From assembly GCF_009914755.1 (NCBI RefSeq), contig NC_060927.1: 64,000 nt of DNA. One strand, 5' to 3'. The notes beneath the pieces were generated by a model. It did no database searches. It had not been told where the DNA came from and saw only the letters and a program-made list of their open reading frames with translations. Shown here one piece after another: positions 1-14,386 of this stretch. This DNA comes from the human T2T-CHM13v2.0 reference genome, Homo sapiens. The position numbers and the translations under genes were made by a program. Numbering within the stretch: the first letter of the stretch is position 1; the number at the start of each line of letters is the position of its first letter.

Positions 1-1322
1 ACTTCCAACTATGTGGTCAATTTTGGAATAAGTGCGGTGTGGTGCTGAGAAGAATGTATATTCTATTGAATTGGGGTGGAGAGTTCTGTAGATGTCTATT
101 AGGTCTGCTTGGTGCAGAGCTGAGTTCAATTCCTGGATATCTTTGTTAACTTTATGTCTCGTCGATCTGTCTAATGTTGACAGTGGGGTGTTAAAATCTC
201 CCATTATTATTTTGTGGGAGTCTAAGTCTCTTTATAGGTCTCTAAGAACTTGCTTTATGAATCTGGGTGCACCTGTATTGGGTGCATATATATTTAGGAC
301 AGTTAGCTCTTCTTGTTGAATTGATCCCTTTACCATTATGTAATGGTCTTCTTTGTCTCTTTTGATCTTTGTTGGTTTAAAGTCTGTTTTATCAGAGACT
401 AGGATTGCAACCCCTGCCTTTTTTTTAGTTTTCCATTTGCTTGGTAGATCTTCCTCCATGCCTTTATTTTGAACCTATGTGTGTCTCTGCATGTGAGATG
501 GGAATACAGCACACTGATGGGTCTTGACTCTTTATCCAATTTGCCAGTCTGTGTCTTTTAATTGGAGAATTTAGCCCATTTACTTTTAAGGTTAATATTG
601 TTATGTGTGAATTTGATCCTGTCATTATGATGTTAGCTGGTTATTTTGCTCATTAGTTGATGCAGTTTCTTCCTAACCTCGATGATCTTTACAATTTGGC
701 ATGTTTTTGCACGGGCCACTACCAGTTGTTCCTTTCCATGTTTAGTGTTTCCTTCAGGAGCTCTTGTAAGGCAGGCCTGGTGGTGACAAAATCTCTCAGA
801 ATTTGCTTGTCTGTAAAGGATTTTATTTCTCCTTCACTTATGAAGCTTAATTTGGCTGGATATGAAATTCTGGCTTGAAAATTCTTTTCTTTAAGAATGT
901 TGTATATCGGCCCCCACTCTCTTCTGGCTTGTAGAGTTTCTGCTGAGAGATCAGCTGTTAGTCTGATGGGCTTCCCTTTGTGGGTAACCTGACCTTTCTC
1001 TCTGGCTTGCCCTTAACATTTTTTCCTTCATTTCAACTTCGGTGAATCTGACAATTATGTGTCTTGGAGTTGCTCCTCTCAAGGAGTATCTTTGTGGTGT
1101 TCTCTGTATTTCCTGAATTTGAATGTTGGCCTGTCTTGCTAGGTTGGGGAAGTTCTCCTGTATAATATCCTGAAGAGTGTTTTCCAACTTGGTTCCATTC
1201 TCTCCGTCACTTTCAGGTACACCAATCAGATGTAGATTTGGTCTTTTCACATAGTCCCATATTTCTTGGAGGCTTTGTTCATTTCTTTTTATTCTTTTTT
1301 CTCTAAACTTCTCTTCTTGCTT
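1..1322 (-). mobile_element. L1PA (L1PA3-5-like) inverted 5' segment: 3' half of ORF1 and start of ORF2 (endonuclease), disrupted; continues left of the window
   Basis: Minus-strand ORF1 peptide ([39 protein letters not shown]), ORF1 stop at ~691-689, ORF2 start ATGACAGGATCA at 625, endonuclease peptide (KAGVAILVSDKTDFKPTKIKRDKEDHYIMVKGSIQQEELTVLNIYAPNTGAP). Contains frameshifts. Confidence 0.95.
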
Positions 1323-2336
1323 TGGGATCTAATTAAACTAAAGAACTTCTGCACAGCAAAAGAAACTACCATCAGAGTGAACAGGCAACCTACAGAATGG
1401 GAGAACATTTTTGCAATCTACTCATCTGACAAAGGGCTAATATCCATAATCTGCAATGAACTCAAACAATTTTACAAGAAAAAAAAAAGCAACCCCATGA
1501 AAAAGTGGGTGAAAGATATGAACAGACAGTTCTCAAAAGAAGACATTTATGCAGCCAACAGACACATGAAAAAATGCTCACCATCACTGGCTATCAGAGA
1601 AATGCAAATCAAAACCACAATGAGATACCATCTCACACCAGTTAGAATGGCAATCATTAAAAGTCAGGAAACAACACGTGCTGGAGAGGATATGGAGAAA
1701 TAGGAACACTTTTATACTCTTGGTGGGACTGTAAACTAGTTCAACCATTGTGAAAGTCAATGTAGTGATTCCTCAGGGATCTAGAACTAGAAATACCATT
1801 TGACCCAGCCATCCATTACTGGGTATATACCCAAAGATTATAAATCATGCTGCTATAACGACACATGCACACTTATGTTTACTGTGGCACTATTCACAAT
1901 AGCAAAGACTTGGAACCAACCCAAATTTCCAACAATGATAGACTGGATTAAGAAAATGTGGCACATATACACCATGGAATACTATGCAGCCATTAAAAAG
2001 GATGAGTTCATGTCCTTTGTAGGGATATGGATGAAGCTGGAAACCATCATTCTCAGCAAACTATCGCAAGAACAAAAAACCAAACACCGCATGTTCTCAC
2101 TCATAGGTGGGAATTGAACAATGAGAACACATGGACACAGGAAGGGGAACATCCCACACCAGGGCCTGTTGTGGGGTGGGGGGAGGCAGGAGGGATAGCA
2201 TTTGGAGATATACCTAATGTTAAATGACGAGTTACTAGGTTAAGCACAGCAACATGGCACATGTATACATATGTAACTAACCTGCACATTGTGCACATGT
2301 ACCCTAAAACTTAAAGTATGATAATAAAAAAAGAAA
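1323..2336 (+). mobile_element. L1PA (L1PA4-like) 3' segment: ORF2 C-terminus, 3'UTR and poly(A)
   Basis: [27 protein letters not shown] and [30 protein letters not shown] peptides; G-rich 3'UTR; ends cctaaaacttaaagtatgataataaaaaaa. Confidence 0.95.
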
Positions 2337-2797
2337 GCATCAAATATCAATGTCAAAAACATCTCATATAAAAAAAAAGAAATCAGCCACAAGCCAAAAT
2401 TATAAACCACAAAGTGTATCTCCTTATTCAAAATAGTAGGGAACGTTGATAGCTGATTCATACTTGCTCAGACATTGAATAGAAAAAAGTATAAAATAAT
2501 GCAGGGTGCTAGTCAGATGAGATGAGAGCAAAGAGATCTTGCTAAACTGTAAGCTAAAATTGAAGCCAGGGAGGGACATGGGGAAAACTAGATGATTCCA
2601 CTGAAAAGCAAAAGAGGTAGAGCTGAAAGCTAAGCCTCATTAAAATGCCATTGTTAATGGTTTACAAACCAGCACTCTAGCTAAGAAAGACTTCTAAAGG
2701 TAACATGCTATAAAGAATAATGAATGAGGATACAATAATCATGAGTCAGAAATTTGACCTGCATTATATATTTTGAAAATTAAATTAAGATGTGCTA

Positions 2798-3153
<356 letters not shown>

Positions 3154-4039
3154 CTAAGAAATAAACTCATGATATAACCAGTGCACATCCAACTAATCAC
3201 CGTACCTCTTCCACCTGATATTACCCTTCTTGGTTATAGCCATATTTATCCAATAAACTTCTCCTTTCAAAATTAAACATCAATAAAGAAACCCACCTAA
3301 AGCTTAGCCATAGACATGATACTTTTGCCCACCCATTCAGCTGATTCTCATGTTCCTCAAAAAAGGGCCTGTGGGGTTGAATAATGACTGCCACTAAGCC
3401 TCCAAATTCCTCTGGAGTTACATGTAACCCATTAAAGGAAGCATCACTTAGAATAGTGAAGAAGGAAACAATCTGTTCTACGCACTCCGAGGTAAACTTT
3501 GAATATTAAACTGGTTTCATTTAAGGAAAAGATAAATTATATAAGTTATTGAGTTGCCCTTTACATATTATTTGTTAGAAAGCTTATTTCTAATATTGTG
3601 TCCTACCTAACCTACCTTCTAATAAATTCTTTATATATTTTAGTTTTGTTTTGGGGTACACCTTATGCTCCCTTATTTAATTATTAATTTTATTGGATCC
3701 TATATTTAAGCCATTTTTACATTTATATATTCTTGCTAAAAACTTGTCATTTATTTTAATGATGTAAGAGAGTCAAATAACTTAAAAATTATGTTCGCAA
3801 ATTCAAAGATTTATAGAAAACTCAAAGTAATATCATTAACACCAATAACATCATTGGTAGGATCATTTTTGTCCTATTTGTTTTGTTATTTCTCAGTAGT
3901 TTATAAGAAGCATGTATTTGTTCATAATGAGGAAAAATTATTTGAAGCTTTCAATGAAGAGATTTTATTCCATTTTTTTATTTGCAAAAAATAGTCTCCT
4001 ACATCTCAGGATCTTTAAAAGTTTATTTCTCACTCACAT

Positions 4040-4340
4040 ATTATGTCCAAAATGCAGTGGTAGACATTGTTCATTGAAGTCATTCATGAGCCAAGGGTAA
4101 TGGATACTTTATTTAGAATGCTCTCCTTTATCATTGCAGTAAGGAAAGGGAGACAGGGCAAAACATGCACTGGCTTGTAAAGTTTCTGCCTGGAATTTGC
4201 ACATATCTTCTCCTCACACCTCATTAACCAAAGCAAGTCACATGACATAGCCTAATCTCAGCAGGGACAGTGAAGGTACTCCTACCATGTCCTGGAAGGA
4301 AATGAGACTTAAAATACTCCAAGAGTACAAATGATGACCC
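4040..4340 (-). mobile_element. Old MaLR solo-LTR fragment (MLT1J/K-like)
   Basis: Motif cctcattaaccaaagcaagtcacatgacatagcctaa typical of MLT1 LTRs; boundaries approximate. Confidence 0.45.
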
Positions 4341-4407
4341 CCACTGGTAATGATTACTAGAACAGTGATAAAAGGTTAGGAAGAACCATTGCACATAGAA
4401 AAAAACT

Positions 4408-4440
4408 ATATATATGTATATGTGTATATATATATATATT
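4408..4440. repeat. (TA)n-rich microsatellite
   Basis: tatatatatgtatatgtgtatatatatatatatt. Confidence 0.8.
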
Positions 4441-7400
4441 TCATATTACTCCCTCTATGTAATATAAATTACATAGGTGCGTCAAGAAGGCTGAATGAAA
4501 CCTTTTAGTATTTGTCCCCTCAGAGGAACTAAAAATTGAACAACGACCCACATAGGAAGTCAGCTTCATAAGAACCAAAAATCAGACGAGGGATTACAGT
4601 GCTTGGTTTTAACATCATATCAAGGAAAGAGACACTGAAGAGGGTAGGAGAGCCAGTCTTGCATTGCATACAACACTCCTCCTTTATCCCTTAGAATTCC
4701 TGCTTGCCTGCTTTGGAAAGAGAAATTGTGTACTTGTGGGAGGGAGAGCCAAATAATGGTGGTACTTTGCGTTGGAACTTAGTGCTGTTGTATTACAACA
4801 GAACACAACACAGGGCAGAATTTGGCCAGAGAATTAGACCAGCTCAAGCCAAAGGGGATTCATTCATGAGTTCCGACTAGCCCATCACCATGAAGCAAAG
4901 TGTCCTGGGGTCCTGAATAAATTTGAAAGGCAGTCTAGGGCACAAGGATGGATGTTCCTGGGAAAGTCCTGGTGCTGTGCTAGACTGAGAGACAGTGGAC
5001 TTGAGGTCCATTGACCTAGTTAGATACCAGCTAGGGCAGCCAAGAAAGTGCTTGGGTCATGCCCCTCCTAATTCCAGGTAGCACAGCTTGCAGCTCCAGT
5101 TGAAAGGAGAGGGAAGATAAAAGAGGACTTTTTCTTGCAACTTGGATACTAGCTTAGCCACAGTAAAATACAACACCAAGCAAAGTCCTGAAGCCCCGAA
5201 TTCCAGGCCATAACTCCTGGATGGCAGTTCAAGACCCACACTCTAGGTTAGAAGGGAAACTGCTGTCCTGAAAGGAAAAACTCAGTCCTGGCAGAATTCA
5301 TCACCAACAACTAGAGAGCCCTTGGGCCTTGAATAAACATCAGTGATAGACAGACAATAGTTGCCATAGGCCTTGGGTAAGACCCAGTACTATATTAGCA
5401 TCAGGTGTTATCCAGTGCAGCTGTGGTGGTCATGAGAGTGCTTGAATCACACCTCCCTAACTTCAGGCAGCTCAGCACAAAGACAGACTTTGCTTGGGGG
5501 AAAGTAAGAGAAAACAAAAAGAGACCCTGTGTGGTAATCTAGGGAATCCTCCTGGACCTTACCGAAGACCACCAAAGCAGTACCTCTACAAGTGTGCAAG
5601 AGTCACAGCGTTAGTGGGTTTGGGGTACCCACTAATGCAGATAAGGATGCAGTGAACAAAGACTTATATTACAACACTTAATTCCCTTTGAATACTCAGA
5701 AAGCCGTTTCAAGAAGGACAGGTACAAACAAGTCCAGAGGGCAAAGACTAGAATAAACATCTAACTCTTCAGTTCCTAGACATTAATGAACACTTACAAG
5801 CATCAAGACCATTCAGGAAAATATCACCTGTATAAACTAAAAAAGGCACCAGTGCCTAATCCTGGAGTGACAGAGATATGAGACTTTTCAGACAGAAAAT
5901 TCAATATACCTGTTTTGAGGAAGCTCAGCAAACTTCAAGATAACACAGAGAAGGAATTCAGAATCCTATCAGATAAAATTTTAAAAAAGGCTGAAATAAT
6001 TTTTTAAAAAATGAAGCAGAAATCTGGGAGCTAAAAAATTTAATTGACAAATTTAGAAATTCACGAGTCAACCGTGTAATTGATCATGCAGAAGAAAGAA
6101 TAGGTGAGCTTGAAAAAATGGTATTTGAAAATTCACAATTACTAAGGAAAAAATAAAAAACAATGAAAAAGAATGAAGTATGTCTGCAAATCCAGAAAAC
6201 AGTCTTAAAAAGATAAATCTAAGAGATACTGGTCTTAGGGAGGAGACAAAAAGACTGGGGTGAAAATTTCTTCAAAGAGGTCATAACAGAAAACCTTCCA
6301 AACCCAGAGAAAGACATCAGTATTCAAGCACGAGAAGGTTATGGAACGCCAAAACAGATTTAACTCAAATAAGACTACCTCAAGACGTTTAATAATCAAA
6401 TTCCAAAAGGGTAAGAATAAAGAAATGATTCTAAAAGCGGGAAGAAAAGAGAAACAGGTAATATATAAAGAAGCTCCAATACATTTGGTAGCTGACTTCT
6501 CATTAGAAAATTTATAGGCTGGGAGAGAGTGACATGACATATTCAAGGTGTTGAAGAAAAAATTATTTTATTCTAGAATAGTATATACAGCAGAAATATT
6601 CTTCAAACATGAAGAAGAAATAAAAACTTTTGCAGACAAACAAAAGCTGAGGGATTTCGGCAATACCAGATGTGTCTTACAAGAAATACTAAAGAGACTT
6701 CTTCAATCTGAAAGAGAGGACTTTAACAGGCAACAAAAAACCATCTGTAAGTACTAAACTCACTGGTAACAGTAAATACACATACAAAAACAGAACACTC
6801 TAACACGGCAATTGTGGTATGTAAACCACTCATGTCTTGAGTAGGAAGACTAAAAGACAAACCTATCAAAAATAACTACAACTTTTTGATAGTATAAAAT
6901 ATATACATAGAAACAACTAAAAGTTAAAAAGTGAGGGGACAATGGATTTAAAGTGTAGATTTTATATTAATTTTGTCTTTGCTTGTTTATTTGTGTGTTT
7001 TTGGAATAGTGTTAAGTTGTTACTAGTTTAAAATAAGATGTTATATTCAAGCCCCATGGAAACCTCAAATAAAAAAAGCCTACAACAAATACACAAAAAA
7101 TTAAAAAGATTAAAACATAGCACCAGAGAAAATTACTTTTACAAAATGGAAGGAAGGAAGACCACAAAACAACTAGAAGACAAATAATAAAATGGAAGTA
7201 GTAAGCCCTTTCAATAGGAATATTGAATAGAAATGGACTAAACTCTCCAAATAAAAAAGATAATGTGGCTGAATGAATTAAAAACAAGACCTAACTATCT
7301 TCTGCCTACAAAAAACACAGTTCACCTAAAAAGACACACAGATTGAAAATTAAGGGACAAAAGATGGCATCCCATGCAAATAGAGGCAAACAAAAAAAAA

Positions 7401-9276
7401 GAACAGGAGTAGTTATACATGTATCAGGTAAAACAGATTCCAAGACAAAAGCTGTAAAAAGAGACAAAAAATTCATTGCATAATGATAAAGAGGTCAATT
7501 TAGCAATGGGATATAACAATTATAAATATAAATGCACCCAGTACTGGAGCATTCAGATATGTAAAGCATATATTATTAGACCCAACAAAATGATAGCTGG
7601 AGACCTCAGCACCCTCATTCCAGCATCAGACAGATCATCCAGACAAAAAAGGAACATTGGACTTCACCTGCACTATAGACCAAATGTAGCTAATAGATAT
7701 TTATAAAACATTTTATTCAACAACTGCAGAATACACATTCTTCTCAGCATATGGATTATTATTAAGACAGACCATATGTTAGACCACAAAAAAAGTCTTA
7801 AAAAGTTCAAAAAAATCAAAATCATATCTAGTACCTACTCTAACTACAATGAAATATAACTAGAAATCAGTAACAAGAGAAACTGTGGAAACTACACAAA
7901 AACATGAAAATTAAACAATATGCTCCTAAATGACAAGTGAGTCAATGAAGAAATTGAGAAGCAAATTAAATAATTTCTTGAAACAAATAAATATGAAAAT
8001 AGTATGTTCTAAAACTTAAGAAATGCAGCAAAAGCAATACTAAGATTAAAGTTTATAGCAATAAGCACCTACATCAAAAATTTAAAAAAAATCAAATAAA
8101 CAACTTCATGATATATCTTAATTAACTAGAAAAGCAAGAGCAAACCAAACCCAAAACTGATAGAAAAAGAAATAATAATGATCAGAGCCGAAATAAATAA
8201 AACTGAAACAAAAGAATCAATACAAAATATCAATAAAGTAAAAAGTTGGTTTTTAAAAAGATACAATTGAAAAACCTTTAGCCAGACTAAGAAAAGAAGA
8301 CCCCAAAAAATACAATCACAGATTAAAAAAAGGAGACATTACAACTGATATGCTGAAGTTCAAAGGACCAGTAGTGACTACTATGAGCAACTATATGCCA
8401 GTAAATAGGAAAACCAAGAAGAAATGGATGAATTTGTAGACACAAACAACTTACCAACATTGAGTCATGAAGAAATCTGAGAGCTGAATAGATCAATAAT
8501 AAGCAACGAGATTAGCAAAGCCTAAGACCCAAAGCCTTCACTGCTGAATTTTAGCAAACCTTTAAAGAAGACTAGTACCAAACCTACTCAAACTATTCCA
8601 AAAAATTGAGGAAGAGGGAATATTTCCAACTGCTTCCATGAGGCCAGTATTATTGTGATACCAAACCAGACAGACACAACAATCACAAAAAACAAGCCAA
8701 TATTGCTGATGAATTTTGATGCAAAAAAATCATCAACAAAATACTAACATACTGAATTCAACAACACATTAAAATGATCATTCATCAGATCAAGTGGAAT
8801 TTATCTCGGGAATACAAAGATGGTTCAACAAATGCAAATCAATCAATGTGATACATCATATCAACAGAATGAAGGACAAAAAAACCTGTATAATTATTTG
8901 AATAGATGCTGAAAAATCATTTAATAAATGCTTCTCACTCTAGTTTCCAAGAAACTCCTCATCTCCATCTCATGATATAAAACCTTAAAAAATCAAGATA
9001 CACAAGGAACATATTATATTATACCTCAGGTATAATATATTACACCTGAGCATAATAAGAGCTATATATTACAGACCCATGGCTAGTATCATACTGAATG
9101 GAGAATGACTGAAATTCTTTCCTCTAAGATCTGAAACAACCCAGGGATGCCCCACTTTCATCACTGTTTATTCTGGAAGTCCTAGCTATAGTAACTAGAA
9201 AAGGGAAAGAAATAAAAACCAGCCAAATTGGAACAGAAGACTTCAAGTTATGCTTGTTTGCAAATGATCTTTTCTT

Positions 9277-9596
<320 letters not shown>

Positions 9597-9776
9597 AATC
9601 TGTTCTTATATTTAGAAAAACCTAAAGACTGCATCCCCCCAAAACACTATTAGAACTGATAAACAAATTTAGTAAAGTTGCAGGATACAAAATCAATGTG
9701 CAAAAATCAGTAGCATATCTATAGGCAAACAGCAAACAGTCTCAAAAAGAAACCAAGAAAGTAGTTTCTTTTCCAA

Positions 9777-12024
9777 TATCTTAGTCCATTCTCACATTGC
9801 AATAGAGAACTGCCAGAGACTGGGTAATTTATAAAGAAAAGAGGTTTAACTGACTCATACTTCTGCTTGACTCAGGAGGCCTCAGGATACTTAAAATCAT
9901 GGCAGAAGTGGAAGAGGCATGTCTTACATGGCAGCAGGAGAGAGAGAGTGACTGTGTGAAGGAGGAATTGTCAGACACTTATAAAACTATCAGATCTCGT
10001 AAGAACTCACTCACTGTCATGAGAACAGCATGCTGGACACTGCCCCTATTATCCAATACCTTCTACCTACCAGGTCTCTCCTTGGCCACATGAGGATTAT
10101 GGGGATTACAATTCAAGATGAGATTTAGATGGGGACACAAAGCCTACCATATCATTCTGTCCCTGGCACCTCCCAAATCTCATGTCCTCACATTTCAAAA
10201 CCAATCACACCTTCCCAACAGTCCCCTAAAGCCTTAACTCATTTTAGCATTAACTCAGAAGACCAAGTCCAAAGTGTCATTTGAGAGAAGGCAAGTTCCT
10301 TTTACCTAGGAGCCTGTAAAATCAAAAGCAAGTTAGTTACTTCCAAGATACAATGGGGGCACAGGCATTGGATAAATGCTCCCATTCCAAATAGAAGAAA
10401 TTGGCTAAAACAGGGGGGCTACACACCCTATGCAAGGCAGAAACCCAGCAGGGCAATCATTAAATCTTAAAGCTCCAAAATAATTTCCTTTGACTCCATG
10501 TCTCACATCTGGGGCACACTAATGCAAGAGGTGGGCTCCCACAGTCCTGGAAAGCTCTGCCCCTGTGGCTTTGCAGGATACAGCCCCCTTCCAGGCTCCT
10601 TTCACAGGCTGGTTTTGAGTGTCTGCAGCCTTTCCGAGTGCACAGTGCAAGCTGTCAGTGGATCTACCACTCTGGGGTCTGGAGGATGGTGGCCCTCTTC
10701 TCACAGCTCCACTAGGCAGTGCCCAAGTGGGGACTCTGTGTGGGGCATCCAACCCCACATTTTTCTTCTGCACTGCCCTAGCAGGGATTCTCCATGAGGG
10801 CGCCACTACTGCAGGAAACTTCTGCCAAGACATTTAGTAGTTTCCATAAATTCTCTCAAATCTAGGCAGAGGTTCCCAAACCTCAATTCTTTACTGCTGT
10901 CCACCCACAGGCTCAACACCATGTGGAAGCTGCCAAGGCTTGGGGCTTGTACCTTCTGAAGCAATGGCCTGAGTTGTATGTTGGCCACTTTTAGCCATAG
11001 CTGGGATGCAGGGCACCAAGTCTCAAGACTGTACAAAGCAGCAAGGCCCTGGGCCTGGCCCATGAAACTATTTTTTTCCTCCTAGGTCTCCGGGCCTTTG
11101 ATGGGAGGGGCTGCCATGAAGAACTCTGACATGCCCTGGAGACATTTTCCCCATTGCTTTGGCAATTAACATTCAGCACCTCATTACTTATGCAAATTTC
11201 TGCATAATTCGTCCCCAGAAAAAGTTTTTTTTTCTATCGCATTTGTCAGGCTGCAAATTTTCCAAACTTTTATTCTCTGCTTCCCTTTTAAAAGTAAGTT
11301 CAAATTTCATGCCATCTCTCTCAAGTTCAACGTTCCTCAGATCTCTAGGGCAGGCGCAAAATGTTGTCAGTCTCTTTGCTAAAGCATAGCGAGGTGACCT
11401 TTCCTCCAGTTCCCAAGAAGTTCCTCATCTCCATCTGACACCACCTCAGCCTGGACTTCATTGTTCATATCATTATCAACATTTTCATCAAAACCATTCA
11501 AGTCTCTAGAACATTCCAAACTTTCCCACATCTTCCTGTCTTCTTTTGAGCACTCTAAACTGTTCCAACCTCTGCTCATTGCCCATATCCAAAGTTGCTT
11601 CCACAAATTCTGTATCTTTATAATAGTACCCCACTACCTGGATACCAATTAACTGTATTAGTTTGTTCTCACACTGCTATGAAGAACTGCCCTAGACTGC
11701 ATAACTTATAAAGAAAAGAGGTTTAATTGACACAGTTCTGCTTGGCTGGGGAGTCTCAGGAAACTTACAATCATGTCAGAAGGGGAAGAGGCACATCTTA
11801 CAGGGCGGCAGGTGAGAGAGAGTGAGTGTGTGAAAGAGGAACTGTCAGACACTTATAACACCATCAGATCTCATGACAACTTACTGACTGTCATGAGAAC
11901 AGCATGGGGGACACTGCCCCCATGATCCAATCACCTCCCACCAGGTCTCTCCCTGACCATGTGGAATTATGGGGATTACAATTCAAAGGAGATTTGGATG
12001 GAGACACAAAGCCTAACCATGTCA
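9777..12024 (-). mobile_element. Complete THE1D-like MaLR provirus: LTR 9777-10154, internal 10155-11653, LTR 11654-12024
   Basis: Two ~375-bp direct LTRs (tgtattag...accatatca) flank THE1-int sequence; 5-bp TSD tccaa/ttcaa; L1 ORF2 resumes in register after it. Confidence 0.92.
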
Positions 12025-13349
12025 TTCAATATTTACACATGAAATAGAATACCTAGTAACTTAGCCAAGGAAGTGAAAGACCTCTACAATGAAAAGTATA
12101 AAATATTGATGCAAGAAATTGAATGAGACAAATAATGAAATATATTCCATGTTCATAAAATATATTCCATGCTCAGAGATTGTAAAAATCAATATTGTGA
12201 AAATGTCTATATTACCCAAAGCAATCTACAGATTCAATGAAATCCCTGTCAAAATACCAATGGCATTCTTCACAGAAATAGAACAAATAATTCTAAAATT
12301 TATATGAAACCAAAAGAGACCCAAAATAGCCAAACCATCCTTAGCAAAATGGACAAAACTGGAGGAATCACATTACCTAACTTTAAATAATACTACAGAG
12401 CTATAGTAACCAAAACACCATGGTGCTGACATAAAAACAGATATACAGACCAATGGAACACAATAGGGCATCCAGAAATGAGTCCAAATATATACAGTGA
12501 ACCCATTTTTAAAAAGGTGCATAGTAAATACAATTGGGGAAAGGAAAGTCTCTTCAATAAATGGTGTTGGAAAAACTGGATATCCATATGGAGAATGAAA
12601 CAAGACCCCTATCCCTCACCATATACAAAAATTAAATCAAAATGAATTAAAGACTTAAATCTAAGACCTCAAACTATGAAACTACTACAAGAAAACATTG
12701 GAGAAACTCTCCAGGACATTGGTCTGGGCAAAGATTGCTTGAGAAAACCTCAAAACTATAGGTAACCAAAGCAAAAATGGACAAATGGGATCACATTAAG
12801 TTAAAAAGTTTCTGCACATAAAAGGGTATTATTAACAAAGTGAGGAGACAACCCACACAATGGGAGAAAATATTTGCAAATTATCAACCTGACAGGGTAT
12901 TAATAACCAGAATAAATAAGGAGCTCAAACAACTCAATAAAGAAAAAATCCTAATAATCTGATTTTTAAATGACTGAAAGATCTGAATAGATTTTTCTCA
13001 AAAGAAAACATATGAATGACAAACAGGTATATAAAACAGGTGCTTAACATCACTGATCATCAGAAAAATGAAAATCAAAACTACAATACAATGTTATCTC
13101 ATCCCAGTTAAAATAGCTTTTATCCAAAAGACAGGCAGTAATTAATGCTGGCAAAAATGTGCAGAAAGAGAAACCCATGTATGGTGGCCATGTAAATTAT
13201 ACATATATACACACAATTCTTGACGAGCCATGTGAAGCTTTAATTACTCTTTGGTAGTAATCAAGCATTTGCCTAAGCTGGTCCCTTCATTTGCTGACAT
13301 GAGTGCCAGTCATATAAGCAAATTATGTCATTGTTCTTCTTTAACCTCT

Positions 13350-14000
13350 TTGTTCTAGAAGTAATTGAGAGAAGTATGCAAAAATTTCTTACCATAATTG
13401 TAGATTTTTTTCTAGTTTTAGTTCCATTATTTTTCTTCACCTATTTTGAGATTATGCTATTAGGTGCATACAGTTTTTTTTTTCTTAGCAAGCTGGAAAA
13501 TTTACTATGATATTCTGGGATGTTGCTTTATTTTGTTTATCCTGCTTGGTGTTTGATAGACATCTTAAGTCTGTGACTTAGTATCTTTCATTAATCTGGA
13601 AACTACATAACCATTCAATTTCTTCAAAAATGTCAATATTTCTTTTTCTTAGGAATTCCTATTTTATATAGACTTTTTTACTCTATTTTCTGTCTTACTT
13701 TCTTTTAAAATTTTCCCTTTAATTTCTGTTTGTTTCATTCTTCATTTTCTTCCCAGGCGTATTTCAGTTATTACTAATTGTTTCCTCAGCTTTGCTAAAT
13801 CTAATGCAAAGTCCATCTATTAGATTTTCTGTGCTGTTTATTATATTTCATGGTTCTATGTTTTCTATTTGTTTCATTTTTTACAATTTAAAATTTTTAG
13901 TTCAAATTACCAGTTTCATTCATCTTCTTGAAAATGTCAGGACTAGCTAAAGACTGTGTCTGATAACTCCATTTTCTGCATTCAATTTGCATTTGGTATT
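13350..14000 (-). mobile_element. Highly diverged old L1 (L1ME-like) ORF1/ORF2 fragments
   Basis: Antisense endonuclease-region motif (tattttgagattatgctattaggtgcatac) and T-rich ORF1-like tract. Confidence 0.5.
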
Positions 14001-14386
14001 TTTTGTGGTCATTTTTGAATGAAGAAGTAATGAGATCCAAAATAAAAATAAATAATCAAAAAGACTTGCAGTTCTAAAAGAATGCCTTGAAGCTGAGAAA
14101 CATTCCTAGAAGGAGCTTTCCTCTTTAGTTTACTTTAAGAGTATAGTCTTTTGCACTGTCATCCCAAAATAAGAATGTTTATACTTCTCTTTTTTTTGTG
14201 AACTCTGAATTCACCAAGCTCTCAAACACTTTTTCTGGAGTTGAAAGACATTTTAGTGGGAAATTTAGCCCCAAATTCTAGGTTCACATCATTGATTTTT
14301 TGTGTTCACTTAAAGATTATTTCTGTTATTTCTCCCTGCCTTTTATTTCTCCAATACCTTCAAGCACATAGTTTAAGTGACAAGTT

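Noticed and set aside
10155-11653. THE1 internal ORF as a coding gene (also 25006-26628)
   Set aside because: Both internal regions are fragmented by stops and frameshifts into ORFs of about 130 aa or less.
12138-12177. 20-bp tandem duplication aaatatattccatgttcata in L1 ORF2
   Set aside because: Ordinary slippage duplication in a dead element.
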